Below, piece after piece: positions 30,237 to 39,232 of a stretch of 64,000 bases of DNA (the stretch's first letter is position 1; every line of letters begins with the position of its first letter). Made by a program: the position numbers and the translations under genes. The notes beneath the pieces were generated by a model. That model worked only from the letters and a program-made list of their open reading frames with translations, was not told the DNA's origin and ran no database searches. The DNA is from an uncultured Parcubacteria group bacterium (lineage in GTDB: Bacteria > Patescibacteriota > Minisyncoccia > UBA6257 > 2-01-FULL-56-20): contig CAJAQL010000006.1 of the NCBI GenBank assembly GCA_903944135.1, forward strand, positions 9,425-73,424, written 5' to 3'.

Positions 30237-30812
30237 ATGAAACGAAGATTATTCATTGCCATCGATATTGACGCCAACGTACGCCGCGCAGTCGCGCGCA
30301 TTGAAAAAGATATGGAGAATGTCCTCGGGAACGGCCAGGATGGACTCGTTCGTTTCGTGCCGGAAGAAAATTGGCATATCACCATTTCTTTTCTTGGCAC
30401 CCAGGATGACGCGAGCCTTACGGCGATCATGGCAGCTGCACGCAAAGCGGCGGAAAATTTTTCCGCACCCGAAATATCCTTCACGGAGATCGTCTACGCG
30501 CCTCAGAAAAAGAATCCACGCATGATATGGCTCAAAACATCGCAGGCGTCGAGTAAGGAGCTCGGAGCAATCAAAAACTATCTGGAAGATCTTTTGGCCG
30601 AAGAGGGTGTTCGTTTCGAGCAGGAATCCCGAATGTTTTCAGGCCATGTCACACTCGCGCGATTCCCGAGCAGCATGCCGAACGATACCTTACCGGCCAT
30701 CGAGCGGACGCTTTCCCTGCATTGCACCGGAAAGTCGCTCGACATTATGGAATCAGAGCTGGATCGCAACGGCGCGAAATATTCCATCCTTCAGCGATTC
30801 TCATTTTCTTAA
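30237..30812 (+). CDS. thpR: RNA 2',3'-cyclic phosphodiesterase
   Basis: RLFIAI, two HxT motifs (HITISFLG, HVTLAR). Confidence 0.9.
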   Translation: MKRRLFIAIDIDANVRRAVARIEKDMENVLGNGQDGLVRFVPEENWHITISFLGTQDDASLTAIMAAARKAAENFSAPEISFTEIVYAPQKKNPRMIWLKTSQASSKELGAIKNYLEDLLAEEGVRFEQESRMFSGHVTLARFPSSMPNDTLPAIERTLSLHCTGKSLDIMESELDRNGAKYSILQRFSFS

Positions 30813-30913
30813 AGCTATAAGAACGAGGGGCCAAAGAAAATTGAGCCTATTTCAAGATGACGTTCGTATTATGAATGCAAGACTTTTTGAAAAAATTCTG
30901 GTATTATTAACGC

Positions 30914-32152
30914 ATGAAAATCGATAAAAAGCGTACCGTTGAGACTGTGGTCGCGGTTATTGCAGGCATTGCACTTTTGGGAAGCGGTTTTTGGCTCGGC
31001 TGGGTGGAAGGAGCGCAACATCCGAAGAACATTCTCGTCGAACAGGCGACGAACATAACGCCACCCCAAGGCGCTTCGACTTCGCTTGCCGATTTCGGTA
31101 CCTTCTGGGAAGCGTGGCAGGATATCAACAATCTTTACCTCCGCAATCCTGATGTTTCAAGCACGGCAAAAGTATACGGCGCCATTAACGGCCTCGTACA
31201 ATCGCTCGGCGATCCCTATACCGAATTTTTCAGCCCATCGGACAATCAGCAGTTCCAGCAGGATATTTCCGGCAATTTCGGCGGTATCGGAGCGGAACTG
31301 GGTACGGACGCCAAAAATGAGATCGTGATCATCGCTCCGCTTAAAGGAACACCGGCCGAAAGCGCGGGTCTCAAGGCGCAGGATATCGTTACAGGCATCA
31401 ACAGCAGTTCGACGGACCAGATGACCGTCGATCAGGCCGTAAATCTCATACGCGGCCAGATCGGCACCAGTGTAAAGCTCACCATCATGCGGAACGGCTG
31501 GGATAAACCGAAGGATTTCAGCATTACCAGGGAGAATATCCAGGTTCCGATCGTCGATTTCGAAATGAAAGGGGATATTGCCCATATTTCGCTTCACCAA
31601 TTCGATCAGACAGCGGATCAGCTCGTTTATAACGCGCTCGTGAAAGCCATGAACCAGAACGCTCAGGGTATCGTGTTCGACCTGCGCGACGATCCAGGCG
31701 GTTATCTCGATGCTGCCGTCGACATTGCCGGTTATTTCCTGAAACCGGGGTCGCTCGTGGTTTCTGAGGTCGGTCGCACGGTCGCGACGACGACCTATAC
31801 CGCGGCCGGCAATGGCGCGCTCGACAACTTCCCGATGGTCGTTCTCGTGAATGGCGGTTCTGCATCGGCTTCGGAGATCCTTGCAGGCGCCCTTCATGAC
31901 GACCGCGGCATCAAACTGATCGGCGATAAAACGTTCGGCAAGGGGACCGTGCAGGAGCTCGAGAACCTTTCGGATGGATCGTCGCTCAAAATAACCGTGG
32001 CACACTGGGTGCTTCCCTCAGGAAAGATCATCGACCATGAAGGCATTGAACCGGATTACGAAGTGCCGCTTACCGCAACCGATACCGCAAACAAGCAGGA
32101 CCCGCAGCTCGATAAGGCGATCCAGGTGCTGCAGTCGGAGATAACGAAATAA
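30914..32152 (+). CDS. S41 family C-terminal processing protease
   Basis: DPYT, GIGA PDZ, DLR..PGG, SASASEILAGAL, TFGKGTVQ. Confidence 0.9.
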   Translation: MKIDKKRTVETVVAVIAGIALLGSGFWLGWVEGAQHPKNILVEQATNITPPQGASTSLADFGTFWEAWQDINNLYLRNPDVSSTAKVYGAINGLVQSLGDPYTEFFSPSDNQQFQQDISGNFGGIGAELGTDAKNEIVIIAPLKGTPAESAGLKAQDIVTGINSSSTDQMTVDQAVNLIRGQIGTSVKLTIMRNGWDKPKDFSITRENIQVPIVDFEMKGDIAHISLHQFDQTADQLVYNALVKAMNQNAQGIVFDLRDDPGGYLDAAVDIAGYFLKPGSLVVSEVGRTVATTTYTAAGNGALDNFPMVVLVNGGSASASEILAGALHDDRGIKLIGDKTFGKGTVQELENLSDGSSLKITVAHWVLPSGKIIDHEGIEPDYEVPLTATDTANKQDPQLDKAIQVLQSEITK

Positions 32153-32208
32153 TTCCACAGAACGGTCATCCCGTGCGCCGGAACGGGATTCATTAAAAAA
32201 TAAACAAA

Positions 32209-32667
32209 ATGAAAATCATCCTCATCGAAGATCTTCGCAGTCTCGGAAAAAAATTCGACGTAAAGGAAGTGAGCGATGGCTATGCGCGGAACTTTTTATT
32301 CCCCAATAAATTAGCCGAACCGGCAACGCCGGGCGCATTGAAGAAACTCGAATCCCTGAAAGCGGAACGTGATAAGAACGAAAACCTCATTATCGCCCAT
32401 CTTCGCGAGGTCGCGAAGAACATGGAGAAGAACAAGCTTGAATTTCTCGTAAAAACCGATAAATCAGGCGTCGTTTTTGGGTCCGTCAACAAGGAATCGA
32501 TCCTGAAAGCGCTGCGCGAACATGAGTTCGTCGGGAAAGAACGCGTCGATATCGATCTGAAATATCCACTGAAAGAACTCGGCGAATATTCCGTGCCGGT
32601 CGACCTCAAGAAAGGGGTAACCGCAACGCTCAAGGTGGTCATCTCGAAAGAAGAAGAAAAAAAGTAA
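32209..32667 (+). CDS. rplI: 50S ribosomal protein L9
   Basis: MKIIL.ED...LGK..DV.EV.DGYARNFLFP, FGSV. Confidence 0.95.
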   Translation: MKIILIEDLRSLGKKFDVKEVSDGYARNFLFPNKLAEPATPGALKKLESLKAERDKNENLIIAHLREVAKNMEKNKLEFLVKTDKSGVVFGSVNKESILKALREHEFVGKERVDIDLKYPLKELGEYSVPVDLKKGVTATLKVVISKEEEKK

Positions 32668-32670
32668 GAA

Positions 32671-33372
32671 ATGTCGCCGCAGCATATCGCCATCATTCCT
32701 GACGGGAATCGCAGATGGGGAAAAGATCGCGGTGGCGCAAGCATCGGACATAAGAGAGGAACGGAAAATTTCAAAAAGATATTCCGGGCGGCATTTCAGG
32801 ATAAGGTTCCCTATGTGACGTTCTGGGCAGCTTCCGAAGATAACCTCAAACGACGCTCGCGCAAAGAGGTTATGTTTCTCGTTGATCTGCTCGCGCGTAC
32901 CATAGCTTCGAAAACATTCGAGGATGAAATGATCGAAAATAAAATTTCGGTCAGATTTATCGGTTCGTGGAATGTCATTCTGCGCGATGCAAAACTTGAT
33001 CGCGTCATCCATGCCATCGAAAAAAGAACAGCTAATTTCAAAGACTTCCATCTGACGATCCTTTTTGGCTATGATGGAAAACAAGAAATGCTGGAAGCGA
33101 TAAAAGATATCGCACGACAACCCGGAAGAAAAATAGATCTAGAAACCATTCAGCATGCCATTTGGACGGGCGTGCTTCCGCCAGTCGATCTGGTGATCAG
33201 AACCGGCGAAGAAGATCCGGGCTGGTGTCATTGGAGCGCAGGATTCATGATGTGGCAGACGGCACAATCAGAATTCTATGCCACCAAAACCCTTTGGCCT
33301 GATTTTTCCATCACTGAATTTGAACGCACGCTCGATGAATATTCCCGGCGTGAACGACGCTTCGGAAAATAA
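32671..33372 (+). CDS. uppS: Polyprenyl diphosphate synthase
   Basis: HIAIIPDGNRRW, DLVIRTGE, LWPDF, RRFG. Confidence 0.9.
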   Translation: MSPQHIAIIPDGNRRWGKDRGGASIGHKRGTENFKKIFRAAFQDKVPYVTFWAASEDNLKRRSRKEVMFLVDLLARTIASKTFEDEMIENKISVRFIGSWNVILRDAKLDRVIHAIEKRTANFKDFHLTILFGYDGKQEMLEAIKDIARQPGRKIDLETIQHAIWTGVLPPVDLVIRTGEEDPGWCHWSAGFMMWQTAQSEFYATKTLWPDFSITEFERTLDEYSRRERRFGK

Positions 33373-33458
33373 AGCTCCGCATCAACGCGCTTTTTGGGAA
33401 TTTTTCCATGCTCAACAAAACACCCCGTTGTGATGGGGTGTTTTTACGAATCAACTTC

Positions 33459-33731
33459 CTATTCAACGCTTACCATTTTCGCGTAGCGACGATTTCCGTC
33501 GAACTTCATCTTGGTCGTTGCCTTGAACTTCACGACGCCGGGCTTTCCGGCATAAAGCGTATCATCACCTGCGCGGACAACGCCCTTTCCGGGAAGATAT
33601 TTCGTACCGCGCTGGCGGATGATGATCTGGCCAAGATTCACTTTCTGGCCATGGTTGATCTTAATACCCAAACGTTGTGCGGCGGATTCGCGGCCGAGTT
33701 TTGTTGAGCCTAAAGCTTTGGTATGTGCCAT
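33459..33731 (-). CDS. rpmA: 50S ribosomal protein L27
   Basis: MAHTKA.GST..GRES..QRLG.K, IIRQRGTK. Confidence 0.95.
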   Translation of the reverse strand: MAHTKALGSTKLGRESAAQRLGIKINHGQKVNLGQIIIRQRGTKYLPGKGVVRAGDDTLYAGKPGVVKFKATTKMKFDGNRRYAKMVSVE

Positions 33732-33855
33732 AGAATAAAATGTTCAATTTGCAAATCCTCAATTTTTCAATGGAATAGTCGACGGAAAATTCATTAAAAA
33801 ATGATAAAACAATATTTGAAAATTGTTCCTGTCATTCTATGCTATACTGATGATA

Positions 33856-34578
33856 ATGTCAAACCAGACCAACAAACTTGTCATTGATATCGAGACCATC
33901 GGAGAAGATTTCGATCAGTTGGATCATGCGACCCAGGAAAACCTGACCCGCTGGATCAAGCGCGATTCCGAGAGCGATGAGGAATACAAGATCGCGCTTG
34001 AAGACCTGAAGAATGGCCTCGGCTTTTCGCCGCTTACCGGCGAGATCGTCGCCATTGGCCTGCTCGATTATTATAAGAACGAAGGTGCGGTTTATTATCA
34101 GGCGCCAGGCCAGAAAAACAAGGAAACCAAGGAAGATGGCGTTTCATTCAAGCAGATGACCGAGGAGGAAATGCTCAAAAAATTCTGGGAGCTTGCCACG
34201 CGATATCAGGTATTCATCACATTCAACGGCCGCGCATTCGATATTCCGTTCATAGCCATCAGGTCGGCGATCAAGGGCATCCGGCCGACAAAAGACCTCA
34301 TGCGAGGCCGGTATCTTTATCAGAATAATCCCGATTCGCTCCATATCGACCTCGCCGAACAATTGAGTTTCTACGGCGCAACGCGCCGAAAAGGAAGCTT
34401 GCATCTTTTTTGCCGCGCATTCGGCATCCAAAGTCCGAAATCCGAAGGCGTGACAGGTGATGACGTAGGACCGCTTTTCAAAAAGAAAAAATTCCTTGAT
34501 ATCGCAAAATATAACGTCCGCGATATCCGCGCCACTCGCGAGCTCTATGCCAAGTGGGAGGAATATCTGCAGTTCTAG
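33856..34578 (+). CDS. Stand-alone PolB-type 3'-5' exonuclease (RNase H-like fold)
   Basis: DIET, TFNGRAFDIPF, Y...D ExoI-III motifs. Confidence 0.8.
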   Translation: MSNQTNKLVIDIETIGEDFDQLDHATQENLTRWIKRDSESDEEYKIALEDLKNGLGFSPLTGEIVAIGLLDYYKNEGAVYYQAPGQKNKETKEDGVSFKQMTEEEMLKKFWELATRYQVFITFNGRAFDIPFIAIRSAIKGIRPTKDLMRGRYLYQNNPDSLHIDLAEQLSFYGATRRKGSLHLFCRAFGIQSPKSEGVTGDDVGPLFKKKKFLDIAKYNVRDIRATRELYAKWEEYLQF

Positions 34579-34584
34579 CGGTCT

Positions 34585-34789
34585 ATCATTCCGAGCGGAT
34601 CCTGTCCCGATGCTTTGCGGGGAACGAGGGGATCTCTCTTTTTATCGTTCCCGCGAAAGCGGGGATTCAGAAACCCTCCTTTTTTCTTTGGCTCCGCGTC
34701 AGGAAACGGAACAATAGAAGAAACGAGGCAGAAGCACGGATCCTCCGCCGGAGTTTATCCTGAGGGCTCCCGAAGGGCTGAGGACGACG
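34585..34789. repeat. Cluster of palindromic repeats
   Basis: TCATTCCGAGC.., TCGTTCCCGCGAAAGCGGGGATTCA, GGATCCTCCG..GAGGACGAC. Confidence 0.6.
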
Positions 34790-34835
34790 GAATATTTTAA
34801 CCTAATTTTAATCTTCCTTATGATATGGTAGGAAA

Positions 34836-35012
34836 ATGGAACTCCTTAAGAATTGGATTATTTTCTATAAAAAAGAAATATTATTGGTTCTTGCCGTTTC
34901 CCTCGTCGGTTCGACAAGTTTCGCTCTGGGCTATCTCACGAACCGCGAGTTCAACCATGCGCCGATCATCATCGAAAAATGTTCGGGTGAAGCGAGTTCA
35001 ACTATGCTGTAG
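34836..35012 (+). CDS. 58-aa single-TM protein (not in ORF track)
   Basis: MELLKNWIIFYKKEILLVLAVSLVGSTSFALGYLTNREFNHAPIIIEKCSGEASSTML. Confidence 0.6.
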   Translation: MELLKNWIIFYKKEILLVLAVSLVGSTSFALGYLTNREFNHAPIIIEKCSGEASSTML

Positions 35013-35471
35013 ATCCTTGAGATCCGCCAGTACCTCTGCCGCATGCGTCACGGGATTCACGTCCTCATATATCTTTGCGATCTTACCTGCGGGATCAATG
35101 AGAAACGAGGTGCGAAGCGTCCCTTCGTACTCATGTCCCATGAGTTTCTTTTTGCCCCAGACGCCATACTTCTTGACCACTTCTTTCTTGTGGTCGGAGA
35201 GCAGCGTGAACGGCAATTCGTATTTCTCCTCGAATTTCTTGTGACTGTCCACGCTGTCGATACTTACACCGAACACGACGATCTTCAGTTTTTTGAAGTC
35301 CGGAAAGCTGTCGCGGATCGCGCACGCTTCCTTGGTGCATCCCGGCGTATCATCTTTGGGATAGAAATAGAGAAGGACCCATTTGCCTTTATGATCAGCC
35401 AACGAATGCTCCTTACCGTTCTGGTCGGGTAAAGCGAACAATGGAGCCGATGAATGGAGTTTCGGAGTCAT
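34998..35471 (-). CDS. bcp: Thioredoxin-dependent peroxiredoxin Bcp
   Basis: LYFYPKDDTPGCTKEAC, LPFTLLSD, RTSFLID. Confidence 0.95.
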   Translation of the reverse strand: MTPKLHSSAPLFALPDQNGKEHSLADHKGKWVLLYFYPKDDTPGCTKEACAIRDSFPDFKKLKIVVFGVSIDSVDSHKKFEEKYELPFTLLSDHKKEVVKKYGVWGKKKLMGHEYEGTLRTSFLIDPAGKIAKIYEDVNPVTHAAEVLADLKDLQHS

Positions 35472-35707
35472 GATTGATTCTGATAAAATCATTATAGCAT
35501 GATACATCTTGAGGCGGGAAGACGATTTTATGGCACGAGACGAAGACCGCTGGATCGGAGAATGTACAGGTCCTGACCGGATCGAAATTTCAAAAAAGGC
35601 AGTTGAGGGTGCCTTCAATGAATCAAGGCTGCGCGTTAAACGTCGCCCCTTTTCTTTTTCAAACTTTTCTGCTATAATCTCATTTCGGCTGGAAGAGTCG
35701 AGGAGGA

Positions 35708-35734
35708 TGGATCCCCGCATGCGCGGGGATGACA
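35708..35734. repeat. TGTC-tagged palindromic repeat
   Basis: TGGATCCCCGCATGCGCGGGGATGACA. Confidence 0.75.
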
Positions 35735-35767
35735 ATTATTGTCATCAAGATAACCCACATTAATATC

Positions 35768-37579
35768 ATGGAGATTCGCAACATCGCTATTATCGCTCAC
35801 GTCGATCACGGAAAGACGACGCTCGTTGACGCCCTGCTTAAACAGTCGGTGGGATTCAAGCTGAAAACCGGCGCTGACAGCGACCTTATTATGGATTCGA
35901 ACGAACTCGAGCGCGAGCGCGGCATCACTATTTTTTCAAAGAACGCATCAGTGATGTACAAAGGCATCAAGATCAATATCGTGGATACCCCGGGCCACGC
36001 GGATTTCGGTGGCGAAGTCGAACGTATCATGCGCATGGTGGATGGCATTCTGCTTTTGGTTGACGCAAAGGAGGGTCCGATGCCGCAGACGAAGTTCGTT
36101 CTGCGGAAAGCGATCCAGGCAGGACACAAGATCATCGTGGTCATTAATAAGATCGACAAAGAAGGTGCGCGTCCGGAATGGGCGCTCAACGAAACTTTTG
36201 ATCTCTTTTTCGAGCTCGGCGCAACCGAAGAACAGATCGATTTCCCGGTCATCTATGCCTCTGCCGTTCAGGGAAAAGCCGGGCTCACGCCGAATCTTGA
36301 AGAAATGACCGATATCGAGCCGATTTTCGCGACCATTGTGAAATATATCGCGCCGCCGGAAAAAGGCGAGCTCGATACGACGCAGATGCTCACCGTGAAC
36401 CTCATGCACGACAATTACAAAGGCAAGGTCGCCATCGGGCGTCTGTATTCCGGCACGCTCAAGAAAGGCTCGACCGTCGCACATATTACGCGCAGCGGCG
36501 AAGTGAAGCTTGAAAAGCTGACCTCAGTCATGCTGTTCGATGGTCTGAATCGCGTCGATGTCGATGAAGCCACGGCGGGCGATATCGTGGCCATCGCCGG
36601 CATTCCGGACGTTTCGATCGGTGAAACGATCGCGGATCCGGAGTATCCTGTCGCGCTTCCGACGATCGATATCGATGAACCGACCATCAAGATGACGTTC
36701 GGCGTGAACACGTCGCCATTCCGCGGCAAAGAAGGTACCTTCACGACGTCACGCAACCTGAAGGACCGGCTCGAAAAGGAGCTGGAAACCGATGTAGCAT
36801 TGTCGGTAACACCCACCGGAACATCCGACCGTTGGGTCGTTGCCGGCCGCGGCGAACTGCATCTCGCGATCCTCATCGAAAAGATGCGCCGCGAAGGATT
36901 TGAGATCGAAGTTTCGAAACCGCAGGTCATTTTCAAAGAGAAAGACGGGAAAAAACTCGAGCCAATGGAGCTTGCGACAATTGAGGTGCCCGATGAATTT
37001 GCCGGCACGGTCATTGAGATGTTCGGTAAGCGGCTCGGCGTTATGAAGGACATGCGCGCAGATGACAATCATATTTCCCATATTGATTTTGCGATTCCGA
37101 CACGCGGCCTCATCGGCATCCGAAACAAGTTCATCACCGCAACGAAAGGCATGGGCATCATGAATACGCTTTTTACGGGCTATGAACCGTATAAAGGCGA
37201 CATCACTTCCATCCCGCATGGCTCGATCGTTGCGACCCAGGCCGGCGTTTCGAACAATTATGGACTGATCACGGCGCAGGGGAGAGGCAAACTCTTCATT
37301 TCTGCTGGCGTAGCGGTCTATGAAGGCATGGTGGTCGGTGAAAACGCGAAAGAAGGCGATGTCATGGTGCATGTCGCGCGTGAGAAACAGCTTACGAACT
37401 TCCGCGCCAAGAACGAAGGTCTTCTTGACCAGCTTGAAGTTCCTATCACGCTCACGCTTGAGGATGCGCTCGATTATATCGACGACGAAGAAATGGTGGA
37501 GATCACACCGAAGAATGTCCGCATCCGGAAAAAATATCTGAACGAAAGCGACCGGAAAAAGGCAACAAGAGAAGATTAA
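35768..37579 (+). CDS. typA: Translational GTPase TypA/BipA
   Basis: IRNIAIIAHVDHGKTTL, ERERGITI, DTPGHADFGGEVER, GRGELHL, RREGFE. Confidence 0.95.
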   Translation: MEIRNIAIIAHVDHGKTTLVDALLKQSVGFKLKTGADSDLIMDSNELERERGITIFSKNASVMYKGIKINIVDTPGHADFGGEVERIMRMVDGILLLVDAKEGPMPQTKFVLRKAIQAGHKIIVVINKIDKEGARPEWALNETFDLFFELGATEEQIDFPVIYASAVQGKAGLTPNLEEMTDIEPIFATIVKYIAPPEKGELDTTQMLTVNLMHDNYKGKVAIGRLYSGTLKKGSTVAHITRSGEVKLEKLTSVMLFDGLNRVDVDEATAGDIVAIAGIPDVSIGETIADPEYPVALPTIDIDEPTIKMTFGVNTSPFRGKEGTFTTSRNLKDRLEKELETDVALSVTPTGTSDRWVVAGRGELHLAILIEKMRREGFEIEVSKPQVIFKEKDGKKLEPMELATIEVPDEFAGTVIEMFGKRLGVMKDMRADDNHISHIDFAIPTRGLIGIRNKFITATKGMGIMNTLFTGYEPYKGDITSIPHGSIVATQAGVSNNYGLITAQGRGKLFISAGVAVYEGMVVGENAKEGDVMVHVAREKQLTNFRAKNEGLLDQLEVPITLTLEDALDYIDDEEMVEITPKNVRIRKKYLNESDRKKATRED

Positions 37580-37664
37580 TCCTCATTGCACGCCAATATC
37601 GAACCCCGCCATCAGGGTTCGATATTGATCAAAAACCGCATCGTCTCATTTGGCGAAGCGGTTT

Positions 37665-37710
37665 TTCATATGGAAAGAGGCTGTCCCGTAATGGAACAGC
37701 CTCCGTTTTT
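37665..37710 (-). terminator. Cassette terminator repeat A, copy 1
   Basis: 46 bp, 45/46 identical to 38074-38119; GAGGCTG..CAGCCTC hairpin. Confidence 0.8.
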
Positions 37711-37729
37711 TGTTTTTGTCCGGAGAGGA

Positions 37730-37987
37730 TCAGGCCAATTTGACCAGCTTCTCCTCAAGGGAAGAGACATCCTCGCTCCGGGTCTTGATGAGTGTTTTGA
37801 GCTCTGCGATCCGATCGCGATCCACGCTGTCAAAATGCCCGTCATTAAGGAGAAGTATAGATCCCAGGTTTTCCCTGAGACTGGCTAATCCAGCCTGAGC
37901 CTCCGCGAGCTTCTCCTGGATGATCTTCTTCTGCTTCTTGTCGGCATAATACTGCCGCACTTTTCTGAACAAACTGATCAAACCCAT
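37730..37987 (-). CDS. Orphan coiled-coil protein in cassette 1
   Basis: GGAGG SD; helical heptad character; flanked by repeats B and A. Confidence 0.65.
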   Translation of the reverse strand: MGLISLFRKVRQYYADKKQKKIIQEKLAEAQAGLASLRENLGSILLLNDGHFDSVDRDRIAELKTLIKTRSEDVSSLEEKLVKLA

Positions 37988-38031
37988 GACATCCTCCGGA
38001 AAACAAAAAAATAACTACGTAACCCTATTAC

Positions 38032-38063
38032 CTTTATAGCATGTTATATAATATTTGTCAATA
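38032..38063 (-). promoter_or_regulatory. Cassette promoter repeat B, copy 1 (TTGACA-17-TATAAA, extended -10)
   Basis: 32 bp, 31/32 identical to 38388-38419. Confidence 0.8.
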
Positions 38064-38073
38064 TAGCATCATA

Positions 38074-38119
38074 TTCATATGGAAAGAGGCTGCCCCGTAA
38101 TGGAACAGCCTCCGTTTTT
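38074..38119 (-). terminator. Cassette terminator repeat A, copy 2
   Basis: Near-identical to 37665-37710. Confidence 0.8.
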
Positions 38120-38132
38120 GCCCGGCAAGTCG

Positions 38133-38348
38133 TCAGGCGAAGTTGGTGTCCAGCCCTTCTGCGAGCGCAGAGAGATGATCTTCGCCGGGATCGTGAAACT
38201 GCTCATCATCGTCGCATTGTTCATCCGCCTCGTTCAGTACACTGTTTGCTTCCTGGACAAGCCGCTTTTCAGCAACTGATCGGAATGCTTTTCTTGCATC
38301 CGGATTGAGCTCGTGCCGCGCATCGCTAACGTACCTTGCCGTACTCAT
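38133..38348 (-). CDS. Orphan protein with acidic C-terminal half in cassette 2
   Basis: GAGGAGGG SD; flanked by repeats B and A. Confidence 0.6.
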   Translation of the reverse strand: MSTARYVSDARHELNPDARKAFRSVAEKRLVQEANSVLNEADEQCDDDEQFHDPGEDHLSALAEGLDTNFA

Positions 38349-38387
38349 TTCTTATGTCCCTCCTCAGAGACCATGAAAACCTGGAAT

Positions 38388-38419
38388 CTTTATAGCATGT
38401 TATATAATATTCGTCAATA
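38388..38419 (-). promoter_or_regulatory. Cassette promoter repeat B, copy 2 (TTGACG-17-TATAAA)
   Basis: Near-identical to 38032-38063. Confidence 0.8.
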
Positions 38420-38505
38420 CCTCGTCGCAATGCTGAAAAAGATCGGCTCTTGACGACTATGGTATACTGAACGAGTCGATCTTAAATTAAATTCACATCA
38501 TCAAA

Positions 38506-39138
38506 ATGGAGGAATATCTCAATAATCTCACGTGGCGTTATGCCACGAAAAAGTTCGATGCCCAGCAAAAATTGTCGAGCACGGAAACGGATATGCTTGA
38601 AGAGGCCTTGCGCCTCTCGCCGAGCTCGTTCGGATTCCAGTTATGGAAATTCTATCGGGTCGACGATCCGGCCATCCGTACCGCAGTGAAAGATGCCGGC
38701 TACGGACAAACACAGCTTACCGATGCATCGCATCTTTACGCATTGGCATCGAAATTTGCGCCGACCGAGCAGGATGTTGTGGACTTTATAGAGTCCATCA
38801 AAACGGCGCGCGGTGTAACGGATGAATCGCTCGCAGGATATAAAAAAGCTCTCGAAAGCGCGGTCATCGGAAAACCGGCGGGGGATATCGCGGCATGGAC
38901 CGCGAAACAAGTCTATATCGCGCTTGGATTCCTGCTTGATGCGGCAGCTCAACACAAAATCGATGCCTGTCCCATGGAAGGATTCGATTCGGTAAAAGTC
39001 AGCGAAATCATCGGCGCGACAAAGGAAGGATATACCGTACAGGTTCTTTGCCCTGTTGGCTATCGCGCCACGGATGATAAATATGCCGCTGAAAAGAAAG
39101 TCCGATATCCGAAAGAGCGGATCATAAAGATAATTTAG
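38506..39138 (+). CDS. Nitroreductase family NAD(P)H oxidoreductase (NfsB-like)
   Basis: WRYATKKFD, LSPSSFG.Q.W, KQ.YIALG, CPMEGFD. Confidence 0.9.
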   Translation: MEEYLNNLTWRYATKKFDAQQKLSSTETDMLEEALRLSPSSFGFQLWKFYRVDDPAIRTAVKDAGYGQTQLTDASHLYALASKFAPTEQDVVDFIESIKTARGVTDESLAGYKKALESAVIGKPAGDIAAWTAKQVYIALGFLLDAAAQHKIDACPMEGFDSVKVSEIIGATKEGYTVQVLCPVGYRATDDKYAAEKKVRYPKERIIKII

Positions 39139-39156
39139 TTTTTGCTTAGTGCGAAT

Positions 39157-39198
39157 TTGATATGAAAGATCCGCCAGAAGGCGGATCTTTCATATCAA
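39157..39198. terminator. Bidirectional terminator, 19-bp perfect stem
   Basis: TTGATATGAAAGATCCGCC-AGAA-GGCGGATCTTTCATATCAA between convergent genes. Confidence 0.75.
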
Positions 39199-39232
39199 GA
39201 ACAATCAATCAATATCGATCGTTCTTGGATCT

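Noticed and set aside
35472-35767. Long bcp extension and typA start at 35729
   Set aside because: These upstream starts fall in or beside the palindromic repeat; similar repeat-derived ATGs occur for lexA (51306) and infC (61955)
37665-38419. CRISPR array or integron interpretation of the repeated units
   Set aside because: Only two copies of two different repeats separated by whole ORFs; no cas genes, no attC-type RYYYAAC/GTTRRRY ends and no tyrosine integrase seen
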